Source: an uncultured Porphyromonadaceae bacterium (GTDB lineage: Bacteria; Bacteroidota; Bacteroidia; Bacteroidales; Barnesiellaceae_A). From it: 64,000 nucleotides of DNA. The notes under the pieces are model-generated. The model was not told the DNA's origin. It saw only the letters and a list, made by a program, of their open reading frames with translations, and ran no database searches. The position numbers and the translations under genes are program-made. Location: contig UPZG01000006.1 in the NCBI GenBank assembly GCA_900538705.1, positions 22,865 through 86,864 of the forward strand, read 5' to 3'. Positions 8,846 to 16,707 of this stretch are shown here, piece after piece (positions within the stretch are counted from its first letter, which is position 1; each line of letters starts with the position of its first letter).

Positions 8846-9178
8846 TCAATCGCAACGCATGACTTGAAGGCTAACGGAAGAGTCGTCTATGGAAACATCT
8901 CCGGACTCGGTGCGGAAACTCCCTACAAACTTACTCTCATTTCCTTTTAGTACAACAGTGCGAGTGTATTGCTTTTCAGAACCCTCCGTTGAAACAACAG
9001 TAATGGTTACATCGACAGTAACCATGTAATTGTTGTAGTTCTGTAAATTAACGTTAATAGAAAAGTCGCTGTGCCTAGATATACTTGGCTCTACATTGCC
9101 TGTTGTTTGACACATTTGTGCATTGGCACTTAATCCCATACTCATGATGGTGAATAATAATAGAATTAATTTTTTCAT
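8846..9178 (-). CDS. small secreted hypothetical protein (about 90 aa mature)
   Basis: Maximal ORF is 8846..9208. The ATG at 9178 gives MKKLILLLFTIMSMGLSANAQ, a signal peptide. The mature part is beta-rich, with exactly two Cys: residue 2 and the penultimate residue. No family recognised. Confidence 0.5.
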   Translation of the reverse strand: MKKLILLLFTIMSMGLSANAQMCQTTGNVEPSISRHSDFSINVNLQNYNNYMVTVDVTITVVSTEGSEKQYTRTVVLKGNESKFVGSFRTESGDVSIDDSSVSLQVMRCD

Positions 9179-9267
9179 GATAAATAAGTTTAAAATTGGT
9201 TTATACAAAGTAAAGTAGATTTTGTATAGTTGATATACACAATATTTGTTATATTTGCCCTATATTT

Positions 9268-9690
9268 ATGAGTATTAATCGGTATTTTATGACTATGGCA
9301 ACAGATTTGAAAAAAACAGTTGGACGAAGGCTCAAATTGCTTCGTTTGGAAAGAAATCTTACGCAAGAACAGATGGGTGAAAAGTTGAATTTATCGACCA
9401 GTGCATATTGCAAGATAGAGTACGGTGAGACGGATTTGACACTGACGAGATTGAGTGAGATTGCCGAAGCATTAAATATGTCTGAGATGGATTTGTTCAG
9501 TCGAATCGAAGGGTCAGCATATATTAATGAGCCGCGTGACTGTAATTGTGTTTGGATTGCCAAGGATAGCAGTACGGTTAATGTCGAGAATAGTAAGGAT
9601 ATATACGATTTGATGAAAGCAAATATAGCTCTTGTAGAGAGTTTGACAAAGCGTGTTGAATTATTGGAAAATCTGTTGTTGAAAAAGTAA
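9268..9690 (+). CDS. XRE-family helix-turn-helix transcriptional regulator
   Basis: LKKTVGRRLKLLRLERNLTQEQMGEKLNLSTSAYCKIEYGETDLTLTRLSEIAEALNM is a classic HTH_3 domain, followed by a C-terminal coiled-coil-like tail. The true start may be the ATG at 9289 or 9295, because a TAtaTTTG box lies at 9250-9257. Confidence 0.75.
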   Translation: MSINRYFMTMATDLKKTVGRRLKLLRLERNLTQEQMGEKLNLSTSAYCKIEYGETDLTLTRLSEIAEALNMSEMDLFSRIEGSAYINEPRDCNCVWIAKDSSTVNVENSKDIYDLMKANIALVESLTKRVELLENLLLKK

Positions 9691-9780
9691 GTTTCGTTTG
9701 TACATTTATATGGACTGTTTTTTGTGATGTACAAAAGAATAGAATGATATAAACATTTTAGAGCAAGAGTGGATATAAAA

Positions 9781-9810
9781 GCAGAAAGTGAATAAAGCTT
9801 TCTGCTTTTT
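9781..9810 (+). terminator. rho-independent terminator of the XRE gene
   Basis: Arms GCAGAAAG and CTTTCTGC are followed by TTTTT. Confidence 0.6.
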
Positions 9811-9873
9811 ATATCTGTGCATTGTTGTAGCGCGTATAGAGTGCGCGAATAAGGACAGACGATATTAAAAGTG

Positions 9874-12800
9874 TCAGACTTGTACGATTTTCTCTAAAGA
9901 GAGATACCAGAGGAAGCCGTCGACCTGCCGGTAGCCCATGTCGCGCACCAATGCCATGTAGTTGGCAAGTTGCTTGCGGTAGGTGGCGTCGCGCTCGATG
10001 TTGCCGAACTTGTAGTCGATAATGACCACGCGGTCGCCGTCGATGATGACGCGGTCGGGACGGTAAAAGACCGATTGCGGTTGCAGTATCTCGGTCTCGG
10101 TAAGGACGGTGATGCCGGGCGCATACCATTGTTGCGTCTCGGGCAGCGAGAGCCACTGTTGCAGCCGGGCTACGGTAGAGGCTTCGTCGGTCGCGGGCAG
10201 GGAGCCTTCGCCTACAAATCGCCGCACGGTGGGGGCTATGTCGTCGTAGTAGCGTATCTCGGCGAGGATGTTGTGCATGAGTGTACCATAGTCGCGGGCG
10301 TTGTTGCCGGTGATGCCGGCCGATTTGAGCCGTAGTCGCATGCGGTTGCCCGGGGGAACAATATGGTAGGCGCTCTCTTGGGAGAGTTGTTCGCCTTCGA
10401 TATGCGATGTGGAGACTTTTTGCTTATTGCCAGACTCGAATAATGCTTCGCTTTCGCTATCGGTGAAATATTGAGACAATACTATTTCGTTGTCGTTGGC
10501 AGTGTCGGCTCCCGGCGATGAAATGACATTGTATATGATGTCGCTCATGGTACTAAATCGGGTATTCTCGCCCTTCTTGTTTTTTGCGGGAAATTCTGCA
10601 AAGACGATAAGCGACTCTATGGCACGGGTGAAGGCAACATATGCAAGGTTGAGACTGTCGATGCATGAGTTGATTTTTTCTTCGTAGTATTGTCGTGCAA
10701 AGAGAGTGTCTGAGAGGCTTTTGCTGCTATACGAGAGAGGTAATACAGGCATTTGGTTGAAGGGAGGCTCGGAGGCGGTACACCATAGGATGCTCCTGCT
10801 CTCGCGGTTGAGCGGCCATGATGCGTAGGGAATGATGACTACGGGAAATTCCAGACCTTTCGATTTATGTATTGTGAGTACACGTATGGCATCGAGACCT
10901 TCGGGCGATTTGATGGCAAAGTTGCTGTCGCCGCGTTCCCGCGCGTGCTTTTCCTTGGCGTCCCACCATGTGATAAAGGAGTGAAGGTCGGCATTGTGTG
11001 TGCGACAATAGTCGGTTACAATATCTTGAAAGGCCTCTATGTAAGCAATGTACCGTTGTGTGTAGCCAAAGTGTGCAAAGTAGTCGATGATGCGTTCGCA
11101 CATCTCAAAAAGCGGTAATTGCTGTATGCTGTCGATAAATTCTTGCAAGTCGCTGTCGAGTAGTCCGTTTTGATGACGCTGCTCGAAGTAAGCGGCCAGC
11201 GCTTTGCTTTCGCCGTGGCTGGTAGCCAGTCGCATGAGCTCGTGCTCGTAAGATAGGAATAGTTCGTATATGGGCGCATCGGGACGGTTGATGTGTCGCA
11301 GCATGCCTATAATGAGTTTGATAGGCGGTGCGTTGGTGATGAGTAGTGCCTCGTCTGAGATAACTCTCAGGTCGTGTAGCGTAGAGCTGCCCTCGGCGCT
11401 GAGTTCTAAAAGAAATTCTACGATGCGTTTGGCTTCGAGGTTGGTGTTTACGAGGAATGCTATGTCGCCCATACGATAGCCTTGGGCAAACAGCTCTTGC
11501 AGGAGAGCCGGTATGCGTAATTCTGCTTCGTTGTAGAAAGCCGCTTTTTTGTTTTCTTCTTTTTTCAACAAGTGTATTTCTACGTGTCCCTCAGACGTTT
11601 TGTTGGTTGAGGCTACCTTTTGCGTGAGGTGTGCATATGCAGCTGTAACCTCGGGATATGGAAGGTCGCCGGCAAGCGATTGCTTGATGTCGTTGGTGAG
11701 ACTATCTTGCAATAATTGAGCCGCTGTCCTGAAAAATGTGTTGTTGAAGGTGACGATTGCGGCACAGCTGCGCCAATTAGTATCCATATTATGGTGGATA
11801 AAGAGCGAATTTCGGTCGGCGTTGAAGGCTGAGTGCAGCAATCTCCAGTCGGAGTTACGCCAACGGTATATGCTCTGTTTTACATCTCCCACGATGAGGT
11901 TATCGTTGTTGTTGGCAAGACTCTCTGTCACCAGCGGCTCGAAATTTTGCCATTGCAGGCGTGAAGTATCCTGAAACTCGTCGATGAGGTAGTGCTCAAT
12001 GCGTGTACCTAATTTTTCGTAGATAAATGGAGCGTCGCTTTGGTTGATGATACCGCTGAGAATTTCAGACGTTTTCGATAGCAAAAGAGTATTGTGTTCC
12101 TGCTCATATTCCATGATGTACTTGTCTATGTCGGCGAGAATGCCTAAGGCATAAATGTGCTTGGAACATTCGATGGCTGTGCGATAACGTTTGTAAGGTT
12201 CTCCAAGGCAGTCGGCAACCGCATCTATGGAGTCGGCAATGGCATTTGTTACAGCCTCTGCATCAACGCCGCTTTTCTTTATTTTGGTTTTGGAAAACCA
12301 TTTATCGCGGTCGGTGGCATATTTCAGAAAGCGTGTAACCTCTGTATCGGAAGATATTTGGGCGTGAGTATTGGCGAAGGTATCGAGTAGTTGAATCCAC
12401 TGGCGGCTAAATAGCTCTGGGTCGATGCCGGTATCGGCAATAGCATCGCGAGCTTGTAAGGCATATGTGCGCAAGGTCTTACGGTAATCGGTACAGAGGT
12501 TGCGCATGGCTTGCAGATATGACGTGAACTCGTCGCGTCTTTTCTTTAACAGCGAATCGCGATATTTTTTATAGTTTTCAGACGATAGCTCTCGAGCCAA
12601 TTGCAGAATGTCTGATTTCCCGGTATTAAGTCCGTATATATCCCATGAGCCCTCATCTTTAATATTGTCTTCGGCATATTTCAGAAGCCATTCGAGCAAG
12701 TCCTTGTTTTGAGGGTCGTCAAGGTCGCTGAGCATACGGTCTATGGCGGTGGCCGTGACGAAGGCATTGTCCATCTCTACATCGAAGCCTCCCTGTAGGC

Positions 12801-13203
12801 CTGCTTCTTGTGTAAATGCACGCAGTACCTGTTGGAAAAAACTGTCGATGGTACTGATGTTGAATGCTGAAAAATCGTGCAGAAGTTGGTATAACACAGT
12901 CTGGGCTGTTTGTTGCAAGCGGTTTTCAGAGCAACTGAAAGCCTCGCATAGAGGTTTGCGATAGGGAGCATGTGTTATATCGTGTGCCAGTAAATCGAGT
13001 TGTTTGACAATACGTTGCTTCATCTCGTCGGTTGCCTTGTTAGTGAAAGTAACGGCGAGAATACGTCTATGAGGCGACGATATGTTTTTGTAGAACTGAT
13101 ACCGGCCATCTTCGTCACGTTTTCCGAGCAACATTTTGATGTACTCCAACGTAAGCGTGTAGGTCTTTCCTGAGCCGGCAGAAGCTTTGTAAATGTCTAA
13201 CAT
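9874..13203 (-). CDS. UvrD/Rep-type helicase fused to a PD-(D/E)XK nuclease (AddA/RecB-like)
   Basis: 1109 aa. Walker A ASAGSGKTYTL lies at the N-terminus and DEFQDTS is the helicase Walker B-type motif. The C-terminal RPDRVIIDGDRVVIIDYKFG is a RecB-type nuclease motif. Confidence 0.85.
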   Translation of the reverse strand: MLDIYKASAGSGKTYTLTLEYIKMLLGKRDEDGRYQFYKNISSPHRRILAVTFTNKATDEMKQRIVKQLDLLAHDITHAPYRKPLCEAFSCSENRLQQTAQTVLYQLLHDFSAFNISTIDSFFQQVLRAFTQEAGLQGGFDVEMDNAFVTATAIDRMLSDLDDPQNKDLLEWLLKYAEDNIKDEGSWDIYGLNTGKSDILQLARELSSENYKKYRDSLLKKRRDEFTSYLQAMRNLCTDYRKTLRTYALQARDAIADTGIDPELFSRQWIQLLDTFANTHAQISSDTEVTRFLKYATDRDKWFSKTKIKKSGVDAEAVTNAIADSIDAVADCLGEPYKRYRTAIECSKHIYALGILADIDKYIMEYEQEHNTLLLSKTSEILSGIINQSDAPFIYEKLGTRIEHYLIDEFQDTSRLQWQNFEPLVTESLANNNDNLIVGDVKQSIYRWRNSDWRLLHSAFNADRNSLFIHHNMDTNWRSCAAIVTFNNTFFRTAAQLLQDSLTNDIKQSLAGDLPYPEVTAAYAHLTQKVASTNKTSEGHVEIHLLKKEENKKAAFYNEAELRIPALLQELFAQGYRMGDIAFLVNTNLEAKRIVEFLLELSAEGSSTLHDLRVISDEALLITNAPPIKLIIGMLRHINRPDAPIYELFLSYEHELMRLATSHGESKALAAYFEQRHQNGLLDSDLQEFIDSIQQLPLFEMCERIIDYFAHFGYTQRYIAYIEAFQDIVTDYCRTHNADLHSFITWWDAKEKHARERGDSNFAIKSPEGLDAIRVLTIHKSKGLEFPVVIIPYASWPLNRESRSILWCTASEPPFNQMPVLPLSYSSKSLSDTLFARQYYEEKINSCIDSLNLAYVAFTRAIESLIVFAEFPAKNKKGENTRFSTMSDIIYNVISSPGADTANDNEIVLSQYFTDSESEALFESGNKQKVSTSHIEGEQLSQESAYHIVPPGNRMRLRLKSAGITGNNARDYGTLMHNILAEIRYYDDIAPTVRRFVGEGSLPATDEASTVARLQQWLSLPETQQWYAPGITVLTETEILQPQSVFYRPDRVIIDGDRVVIIDYKFGNIERDATYRKQLANYMALVRDMGYRQVDGFLWYLSLEKIVQV

Positions 13204-13212
13204 GCTGCGTTA

Positions 13213-13557
13213 TTATAAAATGCGGGCTTTGTAACCGGCGCGAGTGAGCAGCTCGAGAACCTTTTGCCGGTGATCGCCTTGTATGAGGATTTCTCCGTCT
13301 TTGTCAGAGCCTCCTACACCGCAGTGTGTTTTCAACGTCTTGGCCAAAGTCTTCAGGTCGGCAGTCGTTCCTACAAAGCCAGTTATGAGGGTGACCGCTT
13401 TTCCGTTGCGGTTACGCTTGTCGAGTTTGATACGTAGATTTTGTCGGGAAGGGGGTAAGGTCTCCTGCTCGGCTTCTTCGCCAGTGTCGTATTTATAATC
13501 GGGATTGGTAGAATATACTACGTTGAGGCGATCTTTCCAGTCGTTGTTATTTGCCAT
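13213..13557 (-). CDS. yciH: translation initiation factor SUI1/YciH family protein
   Basis: Maximal ORF is 13213..13698. The ATG at 13557 gives MANNNDWKDRLNVVYSTNP...RNRNGKAVTLITGF...LKTHCGVGGS...ILIQGDHR, the SUI1 fold pattern. Confidence 0.85.
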   Translation of the reverse strand: MANNNDWKDRLNVVYSTNPDYKYDTGEEAEQETLPPSRQNLRIKLDKRNRNGKAVTLITGFVGTTADLKTLAKTLKTHCGVGGSDKDGEILIQGDHRQKVLELLTRAGYKARIL

Positions 13558-13610
13558 GTGTTGTCTTTTGTGTCTATGCAAAAATACGATAACAAGATGT
13601 AATAGATAAA

Positions 13611-13640
13611 ATAACGGACGCATTATTTTGCGTCCGTTAT
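13611..13640 (-). terminator. terminator of the flavoprotein/hydrolase operon
   Basis: Arms ATAACGGACGCA and TGCGTCCGTTAT (12 bp) are followed on the minus strand by TTTTAT. Confidence 0.6.
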
Positions 13641-13715
13641 GAGTTTTAAGTTTTATTTGGGTTTGCCGTTGCCATACCATCGGGGTCACGAATTGCATGG
13701 CGTAACTCTCTTTGA

Positions 13716-14792
13716 TTATTTGAGGTATTGGCGGAAGAAAGATTCAATCTTGTCGAAGGGAATTTTTTCCAGATTGTCATACAGGTCGGTATGGCTGGCA
13801 TCGGGAACGATAACCAATTCTTTGTTATCTCCCTTGAGTTTCTTGAAGGTACTTTCACTGAAATAGCGTGAGTGTGCTTTCTCGCCATGTACGAGAAGTA
13901 CGGCATTGCGAATCTCATCGGCATACGATAGGATAGGCATGTTGAGGAATGATAGGCTTGAGGTCATATTCCATCCACCGTTTGAACCGAGAGAGCGTTT
14001 GTGATATCCTCTGGGCGTTTTGTAATATGCGTTGTAATCTTTTACAAATTGAGGAGCATCATCTGGAACTGGATCTACGACACCTCCGGCCAGTTTGTAT
14101 GTGCCATTTTTGTAATCTTCGGTTCTTTGGGCGTTTAATTTCTGTCGCATGGCATTACGGGCGTCGGCATTATCTGCTTCGTCAAAGTAGCCGTTGGCAG
14201 TAACTCGTGACATATCATACATGGTTACGGCGACAGTTGCCTTGATGCGGGTGTCTATAGCAGCAGCATTCACTGCCATGCCTCCCCATCCACATATACC
14301 AATAATACCTATTTTATTGGGGTCTACGTCGCTGCGCGTAGACAGGTAATCGATTGCGGCACAAAAATCTTCGGTGTTGATATCGGGCGATGCCACATAA
14401 CGAGGTTGGCCTCCGCTCTCACCCGTAAACGAGGGGTCGAAAGCAATGGTCAGAAAGCCCAGTTCGGCCATTCGCTGTGCATAAAGTCCTGAAACTTGTT
14501 CTTTCACAGCTCCAAAGGGTCCACATACGGCAATGGCCGGTAACTTACCCTCGGCATTCTTGGGTATATACAAGTCGGCTGCAAGTGTAATGCCATAGCG
14601 GTTGTGAAATGTTATTTTGCTGTGGTTTACTTTGTCGCTTTTGGGAAATACTTTGTCCCATTCTTGTGTTAAGCTTAACTTCTCTTCCATGACACTATTA
14701 GTAAATGATGGGTTTTCTTGTGCTAATATGCTCGCTGTACCAAAGATACAGAAAGACAATATTAAGTATGATTTGAGAAGATATATTTTCAT
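13716..14792 (-). CDS. secreted alpha/beta hydrolase, dienelactone-hydrolase-like
   Basis: 358 aa with signal peptide MKIYLLKSYLILSFCIFGTASILAQ. The nucleophile elbow reads GIIGICGWGG, with Cys where Ser is usual, as in the GYCLGG elbow of dienelactone hydrolases. Confidence 0.8.
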   Translation of the reverse strand: MKIYLLKSYLILSFCIFGTASILAQENPSFTNSVMEEKLSLTQEWDKVFPKSDKVNHSKITFHNRYGITLAADLYIPKNAEGKLPAIAVCGPFGAVKEQVSGLYAQRMAELGFLTIAFDPSFTGESGGQPRYVASPDINTEDFCAAIDYLSTRSDVDPNKIGIIGICGWGGMAVNAAAIDTRIKATVAVTMYDMSRVTANGYFDEADNADARNAMRQKLNAQRTEDYKNGTYKLAGGVVDPVPDDAPQFVKDYNAYYKTPRGYHKRSLGSNGGWNMTSSLSFLNMPILSYADEIRNAVLLVHGEKAHSRYFSESTFKKLKGDNKELVIVPDASHTDLYDNLEKIPFDKIESFFRQYLK

Positions 14793-14813
14793 GCTTTGCA
14801 GGTTTTATGTTAT

Positions 14814-15428
14814 TCACCGTATAAAATTGGTCATGATGCTTTTTTCTTTTTCGGGATGTGGAATTAAATTGTTTTTCAGGCTCTTCAGTATCCATGCCAT
14901 GTTATTTCCTAAGGTGCGCATGGTTTGTAATCCCTCGGCATCTTGAGATGCTTCACCTGGCAAACAACCGTGTACACTGTTCCAATATTGAGATGATACG
15001 ACCGGCATATTATTAATGGTAAAATATTTGTTTAGCCTGTCGAATGTGGCACTTGCGCCTCCACGGCGGCAAACGGCAACAGAAGCCGCCGGTTTATACT
15101 GAAGAAGTTCTGAAGCTGAGTAGAAAAGCCTATCGAGCAAGGCGCACAACGAGCCGTTGGGACCTGCATAGTAGACTGGAGAGCCTATAACAATGCCGTC
15201 GGCAGTTTCTAATTTTGTCCTGATAGAGTTATATAATGCGTCATTAAATACGCAGTGCCCCAGTTCTGAGCAACGATTGCAGGCAATACAACCCTGTATC
15301 GCTTTTGTGCCGATAGAAACTATTTCGGTATCTATTCCGTTTCCTTCAAGAGCCTTTGCTACCTCACATAAGGCAATATAGGTATTGCCTTTGCTTCGAG
15401 GACTTCCGTTGATTAGTAGTACTTTCAT
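14814..15428 (-). CDS. flavodoxin-like NAD(P)H-dependent FMN reductase / iron-sulfur flavoprotein family
   Basis: 204 aa. MKVLLINGSPRSKGNTY at the N-terminus, a Cys cluster CIACNRCSELGHC, and SPVYY. It sits 21 nt upstream of the hydrolase gene on the same strand. Confidence 0.8.
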   Translation of the reverse strand: MKVLLINGSPRSKGNTYIALCEVAKALEGNGIDTEIVSIGTKAIQGCIACNRCSELGHCVFNDALYNSIRTKLETADGIVIGSPVYYAGPNGSLCALLDRLFYSASELLQYKPAASVAVCRRGGASATFDRLNKYFTINNMPVVSSQYWNSVHGCLPGEASQDAEGLQTMRTLGNNMAWILKSLKNNLIPHPEKEKSIMTNFIR

Positions 15429-15529
15429 CGTTGTAGTATATCTGGTTTATTAATGCAATAGAATATTTTGATACTAAAAGGTATTATATATGCGATTTTT
15501 AGGTCTATCGCCTTTGCTGAGCGTTAGTA

Positions 15530-15537
15530 CAAAATTA
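15530..15537 (-). promoter_or_regulatory. -7 promoter box TAatTTTG for the flavoprotein/hydrolase operon
   Basis: The plus strand reads caaaatta. It lies about 100 nt upstream of the ATG at 15428 and just promoter-proximal to the direct repeats at 15560-15596. Confidence 0.35.
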
Positions 15538-15559
15538 TGAGGTTTATTTTATATTATTG

Positions 15560-15596
15560 TTGCTGTGAGGTTCAAAAAATATTGCTGAAAGGTTCA
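15560..15596 (-). promoter_or_regulatory. 15-bp direct repeat pair, candidate AraC-type operator
   Basis: TTGCTGtgAGGTTCA (15560-15574) and TTGCTGaaAGGTTCA (15582-15596) match at 13 of 15 positions and start 22 bp apart. They lie between the AraC remnant and the flavoprotein promoter. Confidence 0.4.
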
Positions 15597-15693
15597 TTTG
15601 TAAAAAAATTAAAGGTTGTCGGTTGTACAAATTATGTTGCGTAATGGGAGTATCTTGAAGTTATGGTGTATGTAGGAAATGCGAGCCAATATG

Positions 15694-16373
15694 CTAAGAG
15701 CAAATAGCTGTGGGAGGAATGCCATATTGTTTCTTGAAAGCCGATGAGAAATGAGAGCGGTTCTTGAATCCGACCTGTGTATATATGTCGGCAATTTTTA
15801 TTCCTCCTTTTTGCATCATATTGTATGCCACTTCGAGGCGTTTGCGAATGAGCCATTTCTCGGGCGTAAGGTCACTTATTTTTTTGAAGTCTCTCTTGAA
15901 TGTAGCAAGGCTTCTTCCTGTGTAATGTGCCAATTCTTCCACTGATAGCTCATACATATAGTTGTGATTCATAAAGTCGAGAATATCTATTTCCCAAGGT
16001 TCGTTGAAGTCGAATAAAGTGGCGCTTGTGCTGCATAAGAGAGAATATAGAGCTGTTTTTGATTGTTTGATATATAATTTGTTCGATTGTAGTTTCTTGC
16101 AGTGCAGGAAGAGATTGTTTTATTGTTTGAAATGATAAAATTGACGATTTGAAACCTTTTTCTATATCGGAAAAACATAAATTGCATACGAAAAAAAATA
16201 GTGATACTGAGAAGGAGCAACATCGATAAAACATACAAATATGAAAAATATTTTTTGTGGCATTGTATCTTGCGCCTCCGTGGCAGCGCAGATACAACAA
16301 TAGTATTATGATTCCATCTCTCGCAGCCTTTGATGATTCCGATGGAGAAGGGGAAAAGGGACTGTAAAAACAT
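15694..16373 (-). pseudogene. AraC-family regulator; intact C-terminal HTH but disrupted or missing N-terminal part
   Basis: 15694..15972 encodes a complete AraC-type HTH (LSVEELAHYTGRSLATFKRDFKK...IADIYTQVGFKNRSHFSSAFKKQYG). By hand translation that frame is open only up to about 16119 and has no ATG before 15972. Overlapping ORFs in the two other frames (15987..16373 and 15950..16393) carry TM-like and linker-like text, which suggests frameshifts in an AT-rich, homopolymer-rich stretch. Confidence 0.45.
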
Positions 16374-16707
16374 CGCGTGTAGCGATAGAACAACTGCAGT
16401 TTATAAAAATGAAAAGTCGTGTGGCAAAAGATATATGTGGCTTTAATCGTGTGCTCGATCTTTCACGTATTCCGCAAGGTACATATCCGTTAAGGGTAGT
16501 TCGTGCCGAGCTATGCGGTTGCGTAGAAAGTTGTGAAGAAGTAATAAATTAGAACGTGGCAGCCATGCTCCCGGTAAGCTTTTATCAATAGCTTGGGGAG
16601 CATGTTTTTTGATGCGGGTAGTAAGATTCTGTAAAGAAAACAAAATACAGGGCAATGCAATAAAACGGTTAAGTAGCCGTTACCAAATAATAGAAGAAAA
16701 GAGAAAC

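Noticed and set aside
13558-13698. N-terminal extensions in the ORF track for yciH here, and likewise at 43805-43894, 51158-51184, 53298-53303, 57641-57670, 4603-4671 and 16609-16707.
   Set aside because: Several of these begin at TTG or GTG codons, and one runs through a -7 promoter box. The extension text is non-protein-like, while an internal ATG yields a proper signal peptide or family-typical N-terminus.
16443-16655. A 70-aa minus-strand ORF in the gap between the AraC remnant and the porU paralog.
   Set aside because: No recognisable motif, signal or promoter. It overlaps the spurious 5' extension of the porU paralog ORF and is most likely non-coding spacer.
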